Source: Thecamonas trahens ATCC 50062 (lineage: Eukaryota > Protista > Apusomonadida). Taken from it: 64,000 nt of DNA. The position numbers were made by a program, and so were the translations under genes. The notes beneath the pieces were generated by a model. It saw only the letters and a program-made list of their open reading frames with translations. It made no database searches and was not told the DNA's origin. Below are positions 20,636 through 32,489 of the stretch, in pieces (within the stretch, counting starts at the first letter, position 1; every line of letters starts with the position of its first letter). The DNA lies in contig NW_013657679.1 of the NCBI RefSeq assembly GCF_000142905.1, positions 374,657 through 438,656 of the forward strand, given 5' to 3'.

Positions 20636-23600
20636 ATGAGCAATACCGGTGCAGATGATGAGGTACGACAGTGTGTGCGTGCGTGTGCGTGTGTGCAGTG
20701 TTTGCAGGGGGTGTGGTGTGTGGGCGACGGGAACAGGCACTGGTTTTTGCTACGGTTGAGGGCATGGAGAAGGGCCGGTAGCGAGTGGATGGCTCACTCA
20801 GTGGGATGGGAATGCGTGGAGGGTGCGTAGCCGGCGGGGCTGGAGGGCTACCTCCAGAAAAAGGGGGCCAAGGGCCTGCGCAAGACGTGGAAGAAGCGGT
20901 TCTTCCGGCTCGACTCGACGCGGCTGTACTACGGCAAGAGCCCAGAGGACGAGCCGATCTCGTTCATCTCGTTGGCGATGATGACTCAGGTGGAGCGGCA
21001 GCCCGGCAACGTGGCGCCGCCGTCCAAGAAGCTCAAGGACGCGCTGTTTGAGGTTGTTACCCGCGAGCGGCGGTACCAGCTGTGCGCGAGCTCGGCTGCC
21101 GAGTCTGCCGCTTGGGTGCAGGCCCTGAAGGCCATGCATCGATACCACTACGTGGAGCGCGACCGCGGGTTGTCGAACATGGACGAGATGCGGAGCGCAC
21201 TGGCTGCTGCGCAGCGCGACGACGAGGACGATTCAGACGACGAGGCTGGCGACATGGCCGAGGCGGAGCCGGTGCGACGGGCGACGGTCAAGGTCTCGGG
21301 CTACATCAAGATCAAGGTTCAAGCCGAAGGCGGGCCGGTCAAGACGGTGCTTCTCGCTGCCAACAAGAGCGTAGTTGAGCTGATAGCCAAGGCTGCAGCC
21401 AAGGTTGGATTTACGGGGTCGGACGCGGTGCTCCGTGTCTGCAGAAGCGGCGAGCTTGTGAGCAGCGGGCTTACTGTGGGCGAGGCGTGTGAAAACTATC
21501 GACTTGGGCCCAGAGATGGAGATGCTGTGCTTGTTGTTTGCGATAAGACTGGTACCCAGGTGAATGCCGAGGAAGATGAGGCTGTGCCAGCGAAGGCTGA
21601 GGAAGAGGCTGCTGCTGAGGCTGCCCGGGTGAAGGCCGAGGAAGAGGCTGCTGCTGAGGCTGCTCGAATCAAGGCCGAGGAAGAGGCTGCTGCTGAGGCT
21701 GCCCGGGTGAAGGTCGAGGAAGAGGCTGCTGCCGAGGCTGCTCGAATCAAGGCCGAGGAAGAGGCTGCTGCTGAGGCTGCCCGGGTCAAGGCCGAAGAGG
21801 AGGAGGCTGCCCGGGTCAAGGCCGAAGAAGAGGCTGCTGCCGAGGCTGCTCGAATCAAGGCCGAAGAGGAGGAGACTGCCCGGGTGAAGGCCGAAGAAGA
21901 GGAGGCTGCCCGGGTGAAGGCCGAAGAAGAGGAGGCTGCCCGGGTCAAGCCCAAGGAAGAGGCTGCTGCTGAGGCTGCTCGAATCAAGGCCGAAGAAGAG
22001 GAGGCTGCCCGGGTCAAGGCCAAGGAAGAGGCTGCTGCTGAGGCTGCTCGAATCAAGGCCGAAGAAGAGGAGGCTGCCCGGGTGAAGGCCGAAGAAGAGG
22101 AGGCTGCCCGGGTCAAGGCCGAAGAAGAGGCTGCTGCCGAGGCTGCTCGAATCAAGGCCGAAGAGGAGGAGACTGCCCGGGTGAAGGCCGAAGAGGAGGA
22201 GGCTGCCCGGGTCAAGGCCGAAGAAGAGGAGGCTGCCCGGGTGAAGGCGGAGGAAGAGGCTGCTGCTGAGGCTGCTCGAATCAAGGCCGAAGAAGAGGAG
22301 GCTGCCCGGGTGAAGGCCGAAGAGGAGGAGGCTGCCCGGGTGAAGGCTGAGGAAGAGGCTGCTGCCGAGGCTGCTCGAATCAAGGCCGAAGAGGAGGAGG
22401 CTGCCCGGGTGAAGGCCGAAGAGGAGGAGGCTGCCCGGGTCAAGGCCGAAGAAGAGGAGGCTGCCCGGGTGAAGGCGGAGGAAGAGGCTGCTGCTGAGGC
22501 TGCTCGAATCAAGGCCGAAGAAGAGGAGNNNNNNNNNNNNNNNNNNNNNNNNNNNNNNNNNNNNNNNNNNNNNNNNNNNNNNNNNNNNNNNNNNNNNNNN
22601 NNNNNNNNNNNNNNNNNNNNNNNNNNNNNNNNNNNNNNNNNNNNNNNNNNNNNNNNNNNNNNNNNNNNNNNNNNNNNNNNNNNNNNNNNNNNNNNNNNNN
22701 NNNNNNNNNNNNNNNNNNNNNNNNNNNNNNNNNNNNNNNNNNNNNNNNNNNNNNNNNNNNNNNNNNNNNNNNNNNNNNNNNNNNNNNNNNNNNNNNNNNN
22801 NNNNNNNNNNNNNNNNNNNNNNNNNNNNNNNNNNNNNNNNNNNNNNNNNNNNNNNNNNNNNNNNNNNNNNNNNNNNNNNNNNNNNNNNNNNNNNNNNNNN
22901 NNNNNNNNNNNNNNNNNNNNNNNNNNNNNNNNNNNNNNNNNNNNNNNNNNNNNNNNNNNNNNNNNNNNNNNNNNNNNNNNNNNNNNNNNNNNNNNNNNNN
23001 NNNNNNNNNNNNNNNNNNNNNNNNNNNNNNNNNNNNNNNNNNNNNNNNNNNNNNNNNNNNNNNNNNNNNNNNNNNNNNNNNNNNNNNNNNNNNNNNNNNN
23101 NNNNNNNNNNNNNNNNNNNNNNNNNNNNNNNNNNNNNNNNNNNNNNNNNNNNNNNNNNNNNNNNNNNNNNNNNNNNNNNNNNNNNNNNNNNNNNNNNNNN
23201 NNNNNNNNNNNNNNNNNNNNNNNNNNNNNNNNNNNNNNNNNNNNNNNNNNNNNNNNNNNNNNNNNNGGCTGAGGCTGCTCGAATCATGGCTGCTGCTGAG
23301 GCTGCTCGAATCAAGGCCGAAGAAGAGGAGGCTGCCCGGGTGAAGGCCGAAGAGGAGGAGGCTGCCCGGGTCAAGGCCGAAGAAGAGGAGGCTGCCCGGG
23401 TGAAGGCGGAGGAAGAGGCTGCTGCTGAGGCTGCTCGAATCAAGGCCGAAGAAGAGGAGGCTGCCCGGGTCAAGGCCAAGGAAGAGGCTGCTGCTGAGGC
23501 TGCTCGAATCAAGGCCGAAGAAGAGGAGGCTGCCCGGGTGAAGGCCGAAGAAGAGGAGGCTGCCCGGGTCAAGGCCGAAGAAGAGGCTGCTGCCGAGGCT

Positions 23601-26600
23601 GCTCGAATCAAGGCCGAAGAAGAGGAGGCTGCCCGGGTGAAGGCCGAAGAGGAGGAGGCTGCCCGGGTGAAGGCTGAGGAAGAGGCTGCTGCTGAGGCTG
23701 CTCGAATCAAGGCTGAGGAAGAGGAGGCTGCTCGAATCAAGGCTGAGGAAGAGGCTGCTGCCGAGGCTGCTCGAATCAAGGCCGAAGAGGAGGAGGCTGC
23801 CCGGGTGAAGGCCGAAGAAGAGGAGGCTGCCCGGGTGAAGGCTGAGGAAGAGAAGGCTGCCGAGGCTGCTCGAATCAAGGCTAAGGAAGAGGAGGCTGCC
23901 CGGGTCAAGGCTGAGGAAGAGAAGGCTGCTGAGGCCTCTCAAATCCACGCTGAAGAGGACACTGCTTGGACCGAGACTAAGAGCGAGACCACTCCTCTCA
24001 GCGCTGCTGATGAAGCCGCCGAGGCCAAGCACTCCACCCAGTCCACTTCCTCGTCCCAAACTCGCGCCAACTCCTTGATTCGCTCGCGCTCCACCCGGGT
24101 CGCTTCCATCGACAACACACGCGCAGCCGCTGAGGTTGCTGTCGCCCTGGTGGCGGGTGCTCCGACCGTCCCAAGCCGCAACCGATCGACAAAGTCGTCG
24201 GCTGCAAGCGCAGGCTCACCCGACGATGCCGCACTCGCCTCTGCCGCTGCCAAGGCCCGTGCTCGGCGCGCAGCTCGCACGGAGCGCGTCAACTCTACCT
24301 GGATCTCTTTTGATGCACCGAACACTACCGCCAATCCGGCCGACGATGCTCCGCCGGCTGAGCGTAGCGGCTGGCTCCACAAAAAGGGCGCAAAGCGCTG
24401 GCGCAGAAGCTACCGCAAGCGCTGGTTCCGCCTCCAAGAGAATCGCCTGTACTACTTCCACGAGCCGTCTGATCCGGACCACATCGCCTACATCTCCCTC
24501 GGCAATGTCCTGCACTTTCAGGCGTACTCAAACGCGGAGCCAAACAAGTTCAAGGGCTGCGGCTTTCAGATCGTAACCCGCGACAGAACCTACGAGCTCA
24601 TGGCTGAGAGTCCGGCCGACAAGGAAGAGTGGGTCCGCTGCCTCATCACCGCCAAAACCTACTACTACGACCTTCGCAGCCGCGTTGTTTCCGCTGTCCC
24701 AGAAGACTCGCTCCGCGCTGCGCTTGCCGATCTCGGTGACGAGTATTCGTCACACGACGATGACTGGGTCGACCTCGATGACTCAAGCTCGGGCTCGCTA
24801 CCAGATGCCCAGCACTTTACCAACGGCTCCGACGACGGCGTGGCAGATGGTTCGGACGCAGACGCCGAGTCGGCCGCTGAAGCCCCGCCGCTTCCGCTCT
24901 CCGGCTACCTACTCAAGCGTGGCGAGCAAACCTCATCGGTCGCCTCTGCCCTTACCAACCGTTTTGCCCTTCGTTGGAAGAAGCGCTACTTTGCGCTCCG
25001 CAACAATCGCCTCTACTACTACAAGGACGCCGACGACGAGCAGCCGACCTCGTCTATCGGCCTGGCCGAGGTAAGCGAGTTTCGCATCTCCAAGACCACG
25101 ACCTCCTCCAAGTACCGCGGCTGCGGCTTTGAGCTCGCAACTACCGCCAGAGTCTACGAACTCCTCGCCTCCTCGCCTGATGAGATGCGCATGTGGCTCG
25201 AGACCCTCGTCAAGACAAAAGCGTGGTACGCTGCCCAGCGTGAGTCTGCCGCCCCCGGCGAAGCCCCTTGGAGCGACGATGGCGAGGTGGAGAGTGGCGA
25301 GGCAGGCAGGGTCTCGTCCGACGACGACACTTCCCTCCCGCTCTCGTCTTCCGATGCCATCTCGCCATCGGTAGCTGCTGCTGCTGCTGCCGCTGCTGCG
25401 GCTGCCGCAACTGCGACTGCCGTGTCGGTGCCGGCCCGTCCTGCGCGTCGCAAGTGGGTCCTCACCCCGGAAATCTCCGCAGCCGCGGACCAGCTCGTCG
25501 CCCTCGTCCCGCCAGGCTCTGCAGAAGCCTCGGAACTGCCGCCAGTCACCCCTGACGGTGCCCACTCGACGAGCTCGTCGGCGCTTCCACTCCCACCACC
25601 GCCGCCATCGCCGCTGGAGGCTGCCGAGCTTCACCTCTGTCGCCTCCGGCGCGCTGCGACTCTGTCTGCCGCCGCCGGTCACGGCCGGCTCCGTTCCGAG
25701 CGCGGCTCTGACGTGCTTGACGACAGCTTCTGGCTCCCGATCCTGGGCGCACTCACCAGCGGCGGCCTTGACGTCTCGTCTCCCTCTTGCCTCCGCCTCA
25801 TCTCGCTCATCAACGCCCAGGCAATTGCTCTGCCAGCAGACGTCGACGCAAGCCTGCCTGGCGGCTGTGACGCGAGCCACGATCCCGACACCGCTGGCGG
25901 CCGATCGGCTGCCCCGAGCGTTGCTTCGCTCGCGCTTGGCGATTTTGCGCTGAGCTGGAACGTTGACGACGAGAGCTGGAACCTGACCCCAGAGACTTGG
26001 GCTGAGCTCCCGCCCTACACCCTCTCGATTCATTCGCTCGAAACCGTGGTCGCCTCGGGCGAGTCGCAGCTTGTTGTCATTGCCCCGCAGCTCGTCGCCT
26101 TGTTTGATCCCGACCTCGCCGACTGGAGCCTTTTCTCGCTCCCGGCTTCCACCCATCTTGCACCTGGCGACGCTCTCGCTGCTGGGGTAAGCGTCGACTC
26201 GGCTCGCATCTTTGACACACTGTTCCCCTCTGAGTCGGACGCTGCTTGGCGGCGATGGCTGTCAGACGACGCGAGTGGCGAGCAGCACCCTTTGCGGGCG
26301 AGCCCACTCGAGCCCGCCACTCCGCCGCGAGTGGCTGCGCTTGCCTCCACCGGCTCACCTGCCACCGCGCCTTTTACACCCAGCTCGCCGTCAGGGCTCG
26401 AGCCCAAGGACGAACTGCTCGCCAAGGTCTCGACGGCCGTCTCGGGACTCATTGCGCACTTTGCTGACGCCGATGTCGTCGGCCAGCCCGACGCCGCGCT
26501 CGAGGCCGGCGACGATAGCATCAACCGCAAGATTGTCTCGCTGGTCCGCGGCGAGCTGTGCGCCGCGCTCGCATACGTCTTTGCGCACGAGTTCAAGTTC

Positions 26601-26984
26601 AAACGCAGGTTCCGCAAGTACCGGTTCTGGGACTTTATCACCGACGCGTGCTCAATAGCCTCGCTCACCCGCATGGGTTACGCCGACAACGACGCCGCGC
26701 TCGCGCTCCACGACACTGTTGCCGCGCTTGCCGGCTCGGCTCAGGGCGACAACCCGTCCATGATGTTCCGCACTCTCATTGCGCTCGGTCTTAATGCTCG
26801 TTACCTCGACATTTGGATGGCTGTCCTCGCCGCAAATGGCGCCGTCATCGCCAAGCACTACAACGCGGGCTCCGCCTTTCTCGGTGACTCGGCCTATGTC
26901 CAGCCGCTGGTGGCCGTCGTCGAACCGCTTGCCTCGCTCCCGTTTACCCTTACCGCAGACTACGAGCTGCGCCGTCGCAGATAA
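20636..26984 (+). CDS. Large PH - ubiquitin-like - EAARxKA repeat - PH - PH - RUN protein; exon 1 20636-20662, intron 20663-20830; spans a gap
   Basis: Three PH domains (EGYLQKKG..WKKRFF; SGWLHKKG..YRKRWF; SGYLLKRG..WKKRYF, each ending in a Trp helix); C-terminal RUN motifs LCAALAYVFAH, FWDFI, LGLN..YLDIW, HY..GSAFL, LASLPF; GTACGA..GTAG intron joins in frame. Confidence 0.8.
21590..23935 (+). repeat. Coding tandem repeat of mixed 30-nt (AEEEEAARVK) and 39-nt (AEEEAAAEAARIK) units
   Basis: Visible on both sides of the gap 22529-23266. Confidence 0.97.
22529..23266. other. Assembly gap inside the tandem repeat
   Basis: N run. Confidence 1.
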
Positions 26985-27005
26985 AATGCAGGGCACTTCT
27001 GCACC

Positions 27006-29402
27006 TCATCGGTACCCCGCATTGGTCGAGAGCTGGTAGTGGACGCGGGTGGAGAGGTCGTCAAGCGCAGCCTCGACCGACGACGGGCCGCCGCGGAGTG
27101 GGCCGCGCCGGTACGGCGAGCTCCGGCGCGGCGAACCGGCCAGCCCGACATCCGACGACGCGGTGATGCGCGCGCGGAGCGACTCGAGCTCGGCAACAAG
27201 CGGTGCCTGCTCTGCAAGCTCGGCCTCGGCCGAGCGGAGTCGGCCCAACAGTTGCGTCTCGCGAGTGGTGGCATCGGCAAGGTCCCGCTGCAGCGCGGTG
27301 ACCTGCTGCTCCAAGTCGTCGGTCCGGATGTCTGCGGCGTCCAGCTCGGCGGCCGTTCGGTGCTCGACCTCTGTCGCCGCCGCCATCAGCTCCGACTGCT
27401 CGGCCTGCAGAGCGTCAAGTTGCTCACGGTAAGTATGCAAAACGTTGGCAGTCTCGTCTTCCTTGGCCTCGTACTCAGCATTGGCTGCCCGCGCTTCCTC
27501 AAGCTGGCCCTGCAACGACCGGACTGCAGCATCGAGCTCGTGTGTGAGCGAGACCAGCTCGACATGCTGCACCTGGGCGGCATCAGCGCGGCTGTTGGCG
27601 TCAGATTCACGCGATGCGGCCTCGCCCAGCTCCGACTTGAGGTGTTCGATCATACCAGTTGCGGAGCTCAGCTTTGAGTTGAGCGTCGAGATCTGGCCTT
27701 GGGCCTCGTATACCTGGCCTTGCATGACGCCTAAGCTGGCGGTGGCTTCATCGCGGGCCCGACGTGTCCGGCCCAGCTCAGCCTTGAGCTCGCCAATCTG
27801 CGAGGTGAGCGAAGCCACCTCGCGCTGCAGCGCATTGTTGCCCTCAGCCATCCGCGACTTGGCTGCCGCCAACTCGGATAGCTCGCTGTCCCGCTTGGCG
27901 AGCAGCTCCTGCGCAGCCCGAGACTCGTTGGACGCCGCCGCCAGCTGCGCTAGCAGTGACTCGACCTCGGCTGATCGCGCCGCCAGGTCAGACTGCAGCG
28001 CCGCGGTGTCGCGCTCGTGCTGCGCACCCCGTGCCCGCAAGTCAGCAATTTGGGTCTCTAGCCGGGCCTCGGTAGTCCGCGCGTTGCCCTTAGCCTCGTC
28101 GGCAGCTTCGCGTGCCGCCCGCAACTGGCTTCGCAACATGTCTGCCGACTGCCGCGCAGCAGACTCGCGAGAGGCGTATCCCAGCTGGGCTTCCTCCAGC
28201 GCGCGAACCCGCCCGAGAGCCTCGTCAAGCTTGTTGCGGGTGAGGCCGAGCTGCTCGCCGAGACTCACTACCCGCATGCGCTCGCCCTGCAGCTCGGCCA
28301 GTGCCTCAGCCTTTTCGGACGCCAGGCTTTGGATCTGGGCCTGAGTCTCGGAACGAGATGCCGCGTGCTCGGCGAGCACCCTGTTGAGCTCAGCCTCGAG
28401 CGACGTCAGCGCCTGCCGAGTTGCTGCACTCTCGGTCTTGGCTTCAGACTGGGCTTGGGCCGACGCTTCTTGGGCATCCTTGGCCGCTTCGGCCAGCTCG
28501 GAGTTCTTGGCCTCGAGCTCTGCAATGCGTGCCTCGGACTCGTCGAGCAGCGCCTTGGCCGTCTCGTGGGCAGCCATGGCACCGGTGACGTGCGCTGACG
28601 CTGCGGCCTCGGCCTGCCGCAGCTCGTCGACCTGTGCACACGTCTCGGAGAGTGCAGCGCGGAGTTCGGCGATCTGAGCCTGTGCTTCGTCGTGTGCAGC
28701 GCGGAGTTGCGCGATCTGCGCGTCTGCGGCGAGTGCGTCCTGATCGCGTTGTGCGGCTTCTGCACGCATCCGGCCGTGGACCTCCTGCACGATACCGATG
28801 ACTCGCTCGAGCTCGGCCTCTGTCTGCGCTAGCGTGGCGCCAAGACCCTCCTTCTCGGCGGTGACCACCTGCAACTGGTCGGCGAGGGCCACCAGCTGCT
28901 GCAGCACCCGCTCGGCGTAATCCGACTTGGCCTCGAGCGCATCCTCTAGCTCGGCGATGGTCTGTTTCGCATGGGCATTGGCGGTACGTGCACGATGCTC
29001 GGTGGTTGCTACCCGCGCTTCCAGTGCCTGGGCCTGGGCTCGAGCCGCCGCCGCCGCTGCCTGTGCCGTGGCCAGCTCTTCGGTGTGCAGAGCAGCTGCG
29101 GCGCCGAGGCGAGCGGTTCGTGCGCTCTCCAAGGTCTCCGCCGGACGGCGAGTGCCGAACGCATGCAGCCGCTCCTGGGCACGAGCAGTTTCGTCGGCCA
29201 GTGCCTGCAGCTTGCCGTCCAGCCGGGTCGAGAGCAGCGCAGCCTCGGTGGTCACGCCCCAGGCCGCCGACGGGCGCGGGCTGTAGGCGCTCGGCTTTAC
29301 CGCCGGCTCCAGCTGCGGCTGCGGGCCAGTGTCCAGGTCTGTTGCCCGTAGCGGCGTCGACGGACTGTCAATGTTCGACGACGCCGTGGAGAGAGTCGAC
29401 AT
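27006..29402 (-). CDS. Long coiled-coil protein (about 798 aa), function unknown
   Basis: Continuous A/E/L/Q/R heptad-rich ORF from MSTLSTASS. Confidence 0.8.
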   Translation of the reverse strand: MSTLSTASSNIDSPSTPLRATDLDTGPQPQLEPAVKPSAYSPRPSAAWGVTTEAALLSTRLDGKLQALADETARAQERLHAFGTRRPAETLESARTARLGAAAALHTEELATAQAAAAAARAQAQALEARVATTEHRARTANAHAKQTIAELEDALEAKSDYAERVLQQLVALADQLQVVTAEKEGLGATLAQTEAELERVIGIVQEVHGRMRAEAAQRDQDALAADAQIAQLRAAHDEAQAQIAELRAALSETCAQVDELRQAEAAASAHVTGAMAAHETAKALLDESEARIAELEAKNSELAEAAKDAQEASAQAQSEAKTESAATRQALTSLEAELNRVLAEHAASRSETQAQIQSLASEKAEALAELQGERMRVVSLGEQLGLTRNKLDEALGRVRALEEAQLGYASRESAARQSADMLRSQLRAAREAADEAKGNARTTEARLETQIADLRARGAQHERDTAALQSDLAARSAEVESLLAQLAAASNESRAAQELLAKRDSELSELAAAKSRMAEGNNALQREVASLTSQIGELKAELGRTRRARDEATASLGVMQGQVYEAQGQISTLNSKLSSATGMIEHLKSELGEAASRESDANSRADAAQVQHVELVSLTHELDAAVRSLQGQLEEARAANAEYEAKEDETANVLHTYREQLDALQAEQSELMAAATEVEHRTAAELDAADIRTDDLEQQVTALQRDLADATTRETQLLGRLRSAEAELAEQAPLVAELESLRARITASSDVGLAGSPRRSSPYRRGPLRGGPSSVEAALDDLSTRVHYQLSTNAGYR

Positions 29403-29734
29403 GGGTGGTGGTGAGGTGGCGTGCAGTGGCCATGGCTGCGTCGCGCAGTCTCGCAGTCCTCTGTCGGTTGGGTGGCTGGAGTCGTCGAGCGCTGTTCGGC
29501 CGGCGACGGACGGCTGGCAATTGCTCGCGATCGATGAGCGAGGGTGATGGTGGTGATAGCAAATGTGAAGACGGTGTATGCTGGAGTGGGTGCTGATGGC
29601 GAGTGGCCAACGCGTAGCGGCGGGCCGGGCTGCGAGGTTTGGGCCGGCGCGGGCCGGAAGCAGTGTTGTGATCGCAGGGGAGGGGGGGGGGGAGGAAGGG
29701 TGAGCAATCGATTCAGCCATGAGCTCCGTGCCGT

Positions 29735-30871
29735 TCACTTTCTGCGGTTGCGCCTGTTGCGCTTCTTGTTGTTCTTGTTGTTCTTGGAGTTCTTGGAGTT
29801 CTTGGAGTTCTTGGAGTTCTTGGAGTTCTTGTTCTTGTTGCTCTTGGGTGCAGATGATGAGGCCGAGGATTGCGCCGAAGGTTGCGGAGTAGCGGCCGTG
29901 GTGGCATTGGCAGGCACAGTGCAGGCCGATGCGGTGTTGGCAAACGCAGTCATGTCGCCTTGTGCGGACTGAAAGTCGCTGGACATCGAGTCAAGGGCTT
30001 CTGCGAGGTTCTGTGCAAGACTCAGGACGCTTGATGCGTCCTTCATGAGATCCTGCGGGCGAGCGGCATCAAAGGCGATGGGATCGTCGACAATGGCTTG
30101 CAGGGCATCGACTTCAGACATGATGCGGGCTGCAGCGTCTGCAGCGTCGGCCTGCTTGGTTGTCATGTCATCACGCATGTCTGAAAGCGCCGCAACGAGC
30201 GCGGCCTCGGTGAAAGCGCCGCAACGAGCGCGGCCTCGGTCTTGGCATCCGCGAGTTGGGAGCGGGTGGCGGAAGTGGCGGCAGCGGGGGTAGGGGTGAT
30301 GGTGGAGGCGGCAGCGGGGGTAGGGGTGATGGTTGAGGCGGCAGCGGGGGCCGGGTCCGGGATGATGGTTGAGGCGGCAGCGGGGGCCGGGTCCGGGGTG
30401 ATGGCGGCAGCAGCGACCGGGGCCGGGGCCGGGTCCGGGGTGATGGCGGCAGCAGCGACCGATGCCGGGGTGGAGTCCACGATCTCCAGTACATACGACA
30501 GCGATGGATCGAGACCGGCATCCACAGCACACCCAACGTCTTCCCACATCAGCTCAAACTCGGTATCCATCGGGAGGGAAAAGCGGCGGAGCACTGCTCG
30601 GGTGATGGTCTCGGGCGACGACGCCGGCGAGAAGCCGATCTTGCGTGTGGTCTGGGGGGGAGGAGGGGGAAGACAGAGAGCGCGAGAGAGATGAGTTTGA
30701 GGGGATGAAGAGGGACGGGGGGAGGAGGCGAGGAGCGCAGGAGGGAGGAGGTGGGCGAGGAGGCAAGGGGGGAGGAGAGGGACAGGCAGGCTTACCTTCC
30801 CCCCTCTCCCCCCCCCCCCCCCTCCTTCTTCAGCAACTTACCCCAGCATACGTGACATGCAGCACAATCAT
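29735..30871 (-). CDS. Hypothetical protein: N-terminal ubiquitin/PB1-like domain, Pro/Ala/Thr repeats, coiled coil, NSK tail; intron 30652-30841; frame broken by a 29-bp duplication
   Basis: Exon 1 MIVLHVTYAG | GTAAGT...CCAG | TTRKIGFSP joins in frame; removing one copy of the duplication at 30182-30239 joins the two ORF halves. Confidence 0.6.
29760..29842 (-). repeat. 9-bp coding repeat (AAC TCC AAG)n, NSK/NNK
   Basis: ttcttggag tandem array on the + strand. Confidence 0.9.
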
Positions 30872-30957
30872 GGCCACTGGGCCCGAGACAAATGGTGCCT
30901 GTGACGGCACCTGCCACTACTGCAGCCTGCGCAGCTGGACGTGGGCTGGGACTGGGT

Positions 30958-32173
30958 TTACTTGCGGATGGAGACATAGGCCTCAAAGTGCGACTTTGCC
31001 ACCTGAATGTTGATGTCCATGGCGGTGGGCGAGACTGTGGGGTCGGACATGATGACCATGATGCAGGTGTTCGAGGTGAACTTGTCGAGGAAGGCTGCAA
31101 ATTTGGAGTTGCGGATCTCGATCGAGTCAAACTGCGTCATCGACTTGGAGCAGCAGAGCTTGTACGACTTGAGTGAGTTCGAGATCTTCTCGAACCGGTG
31201 CTCATCGTGGTGAGTCTTGCGGGTGGCGTGCGAGATGACCAGGAATGTCGCACGCTCAAAGAGCACCACCTCGTCGGCCTCGCACATCTCGCAGAAGTTC
31301 TCTAGGTGCGCCTCGAGGACTGAGATGTTCGGAATGAGCGAGTACACAATCGCTGACCACGCCCGGTACAGCGTCTCGTCCCAGATCGACGTCGGGTGGC
31401 AAGCGATCGAGAGGCCCTCCGAGAGCACCTGCAGCTCCTCGGACCGCTCGGCAAACACCGCGTCGCGTTGGTCGACAGGAATGAGATCCATCTTGTGCAC
31501 CAGGCAGAAGACCTTGGCGTCCGGCGAGAACTCGCGAATGGCCTCCAGGCACGACGTGTATTCGGCAATGTCGTCCGACTTGGTGTCCGACTGCACATCA
31601 AACACGTAGATGAGCACCTCCACGTTCTTGAAAATGTGCTCCCGCTGCGACGTAAAGTAGTTCTCCATGAACGACGCCTGTCCTCCGCAGTCCCAAAGGT
31701 TGAGCACCAGGTTGCCCAGGAACCGGACATGCGAGTGCTCCACATCGACTGCTCCGTCGCCGCCACCACCACCGCCACCGCCACCAGCCCGTCACGTCAC
31801 CACCAACCCGGTCAACACAGCTTCCTCATAAGTGCCTGCCAGCCCCCCCCCCCCCCCCCTCCTGCGCCCCCCTCACTCCCCAAACTCACTTCCATCACCT
31901 CCTCTGCTGCCCTCTTCGCCCCTCTCTCTGCCCTTGCCCATGCCCATCCCTCGCCGTCAGACCGGCAAGTCACACGTTCGATTATGGCCAACATCGCCAG
32001 ACTCGGTCCCGTGTCCCTGTCCCTCCCCTCTGCCTGCTACACCAGCTCACAGGCAACGTACTGGTAGCACCAAGACGCATGGTGTCGCGGGCAATGTAGT
32101 TGGCAAAGATAATGGACCGCATGGACGTCTTTCCGGCCGACGACTTGCCCATAAGCAGCACCTTGGACTTCAT
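30958..32173 (-). CDS. RRAGA: Ras-related GTP-binding protein RagA/B (Gtr1); exons 32173-32062 and 31748-30958
   Basis: [34 protein letters not shown]|[61 protein letters not shown]; GTACGT..GCAG intron. Confidence 0.97.
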
Positions 32174-32489
32174 CTTGGCCGAGAAGTCGAGACGAGGGTG
32201 GCGAAATGGCGTCCGGGGGGCCAGCGGCCTGCGACCAGCGGCCAGCGACCGGCGGCCAGCGGCCTGCGGTCGGTGGCGGGCCTAAACACGCGCTGTCAAA
32301 CCAAACATCGTGGTGGTCCCGCAGATCAGCACAACCACCATCAAGGCCACTCCCTCCAGAGCAATAACAAAACCACCTCAACGGGTCCCCCCTCCTCATC
32401 CCCCTATATCTCCCTATCTGTTTCCGTCATCCCACCGTTCACCTTCGGACTCTCCTCCTGGTACGTCTGGCTCTGGCGAGTGTGGTTTG

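Noticed and set aside
19381-20765. ORFs crossing N gaps
   Set aside because: Artefacts of N runs lacking stop codons
21590-23935. Long regular repeat as a CRISPR array or satellite
   Set aside because: No unique spacers; units are multiples of 3 and in frame within a CDS; eukaryotic context with no cas genes
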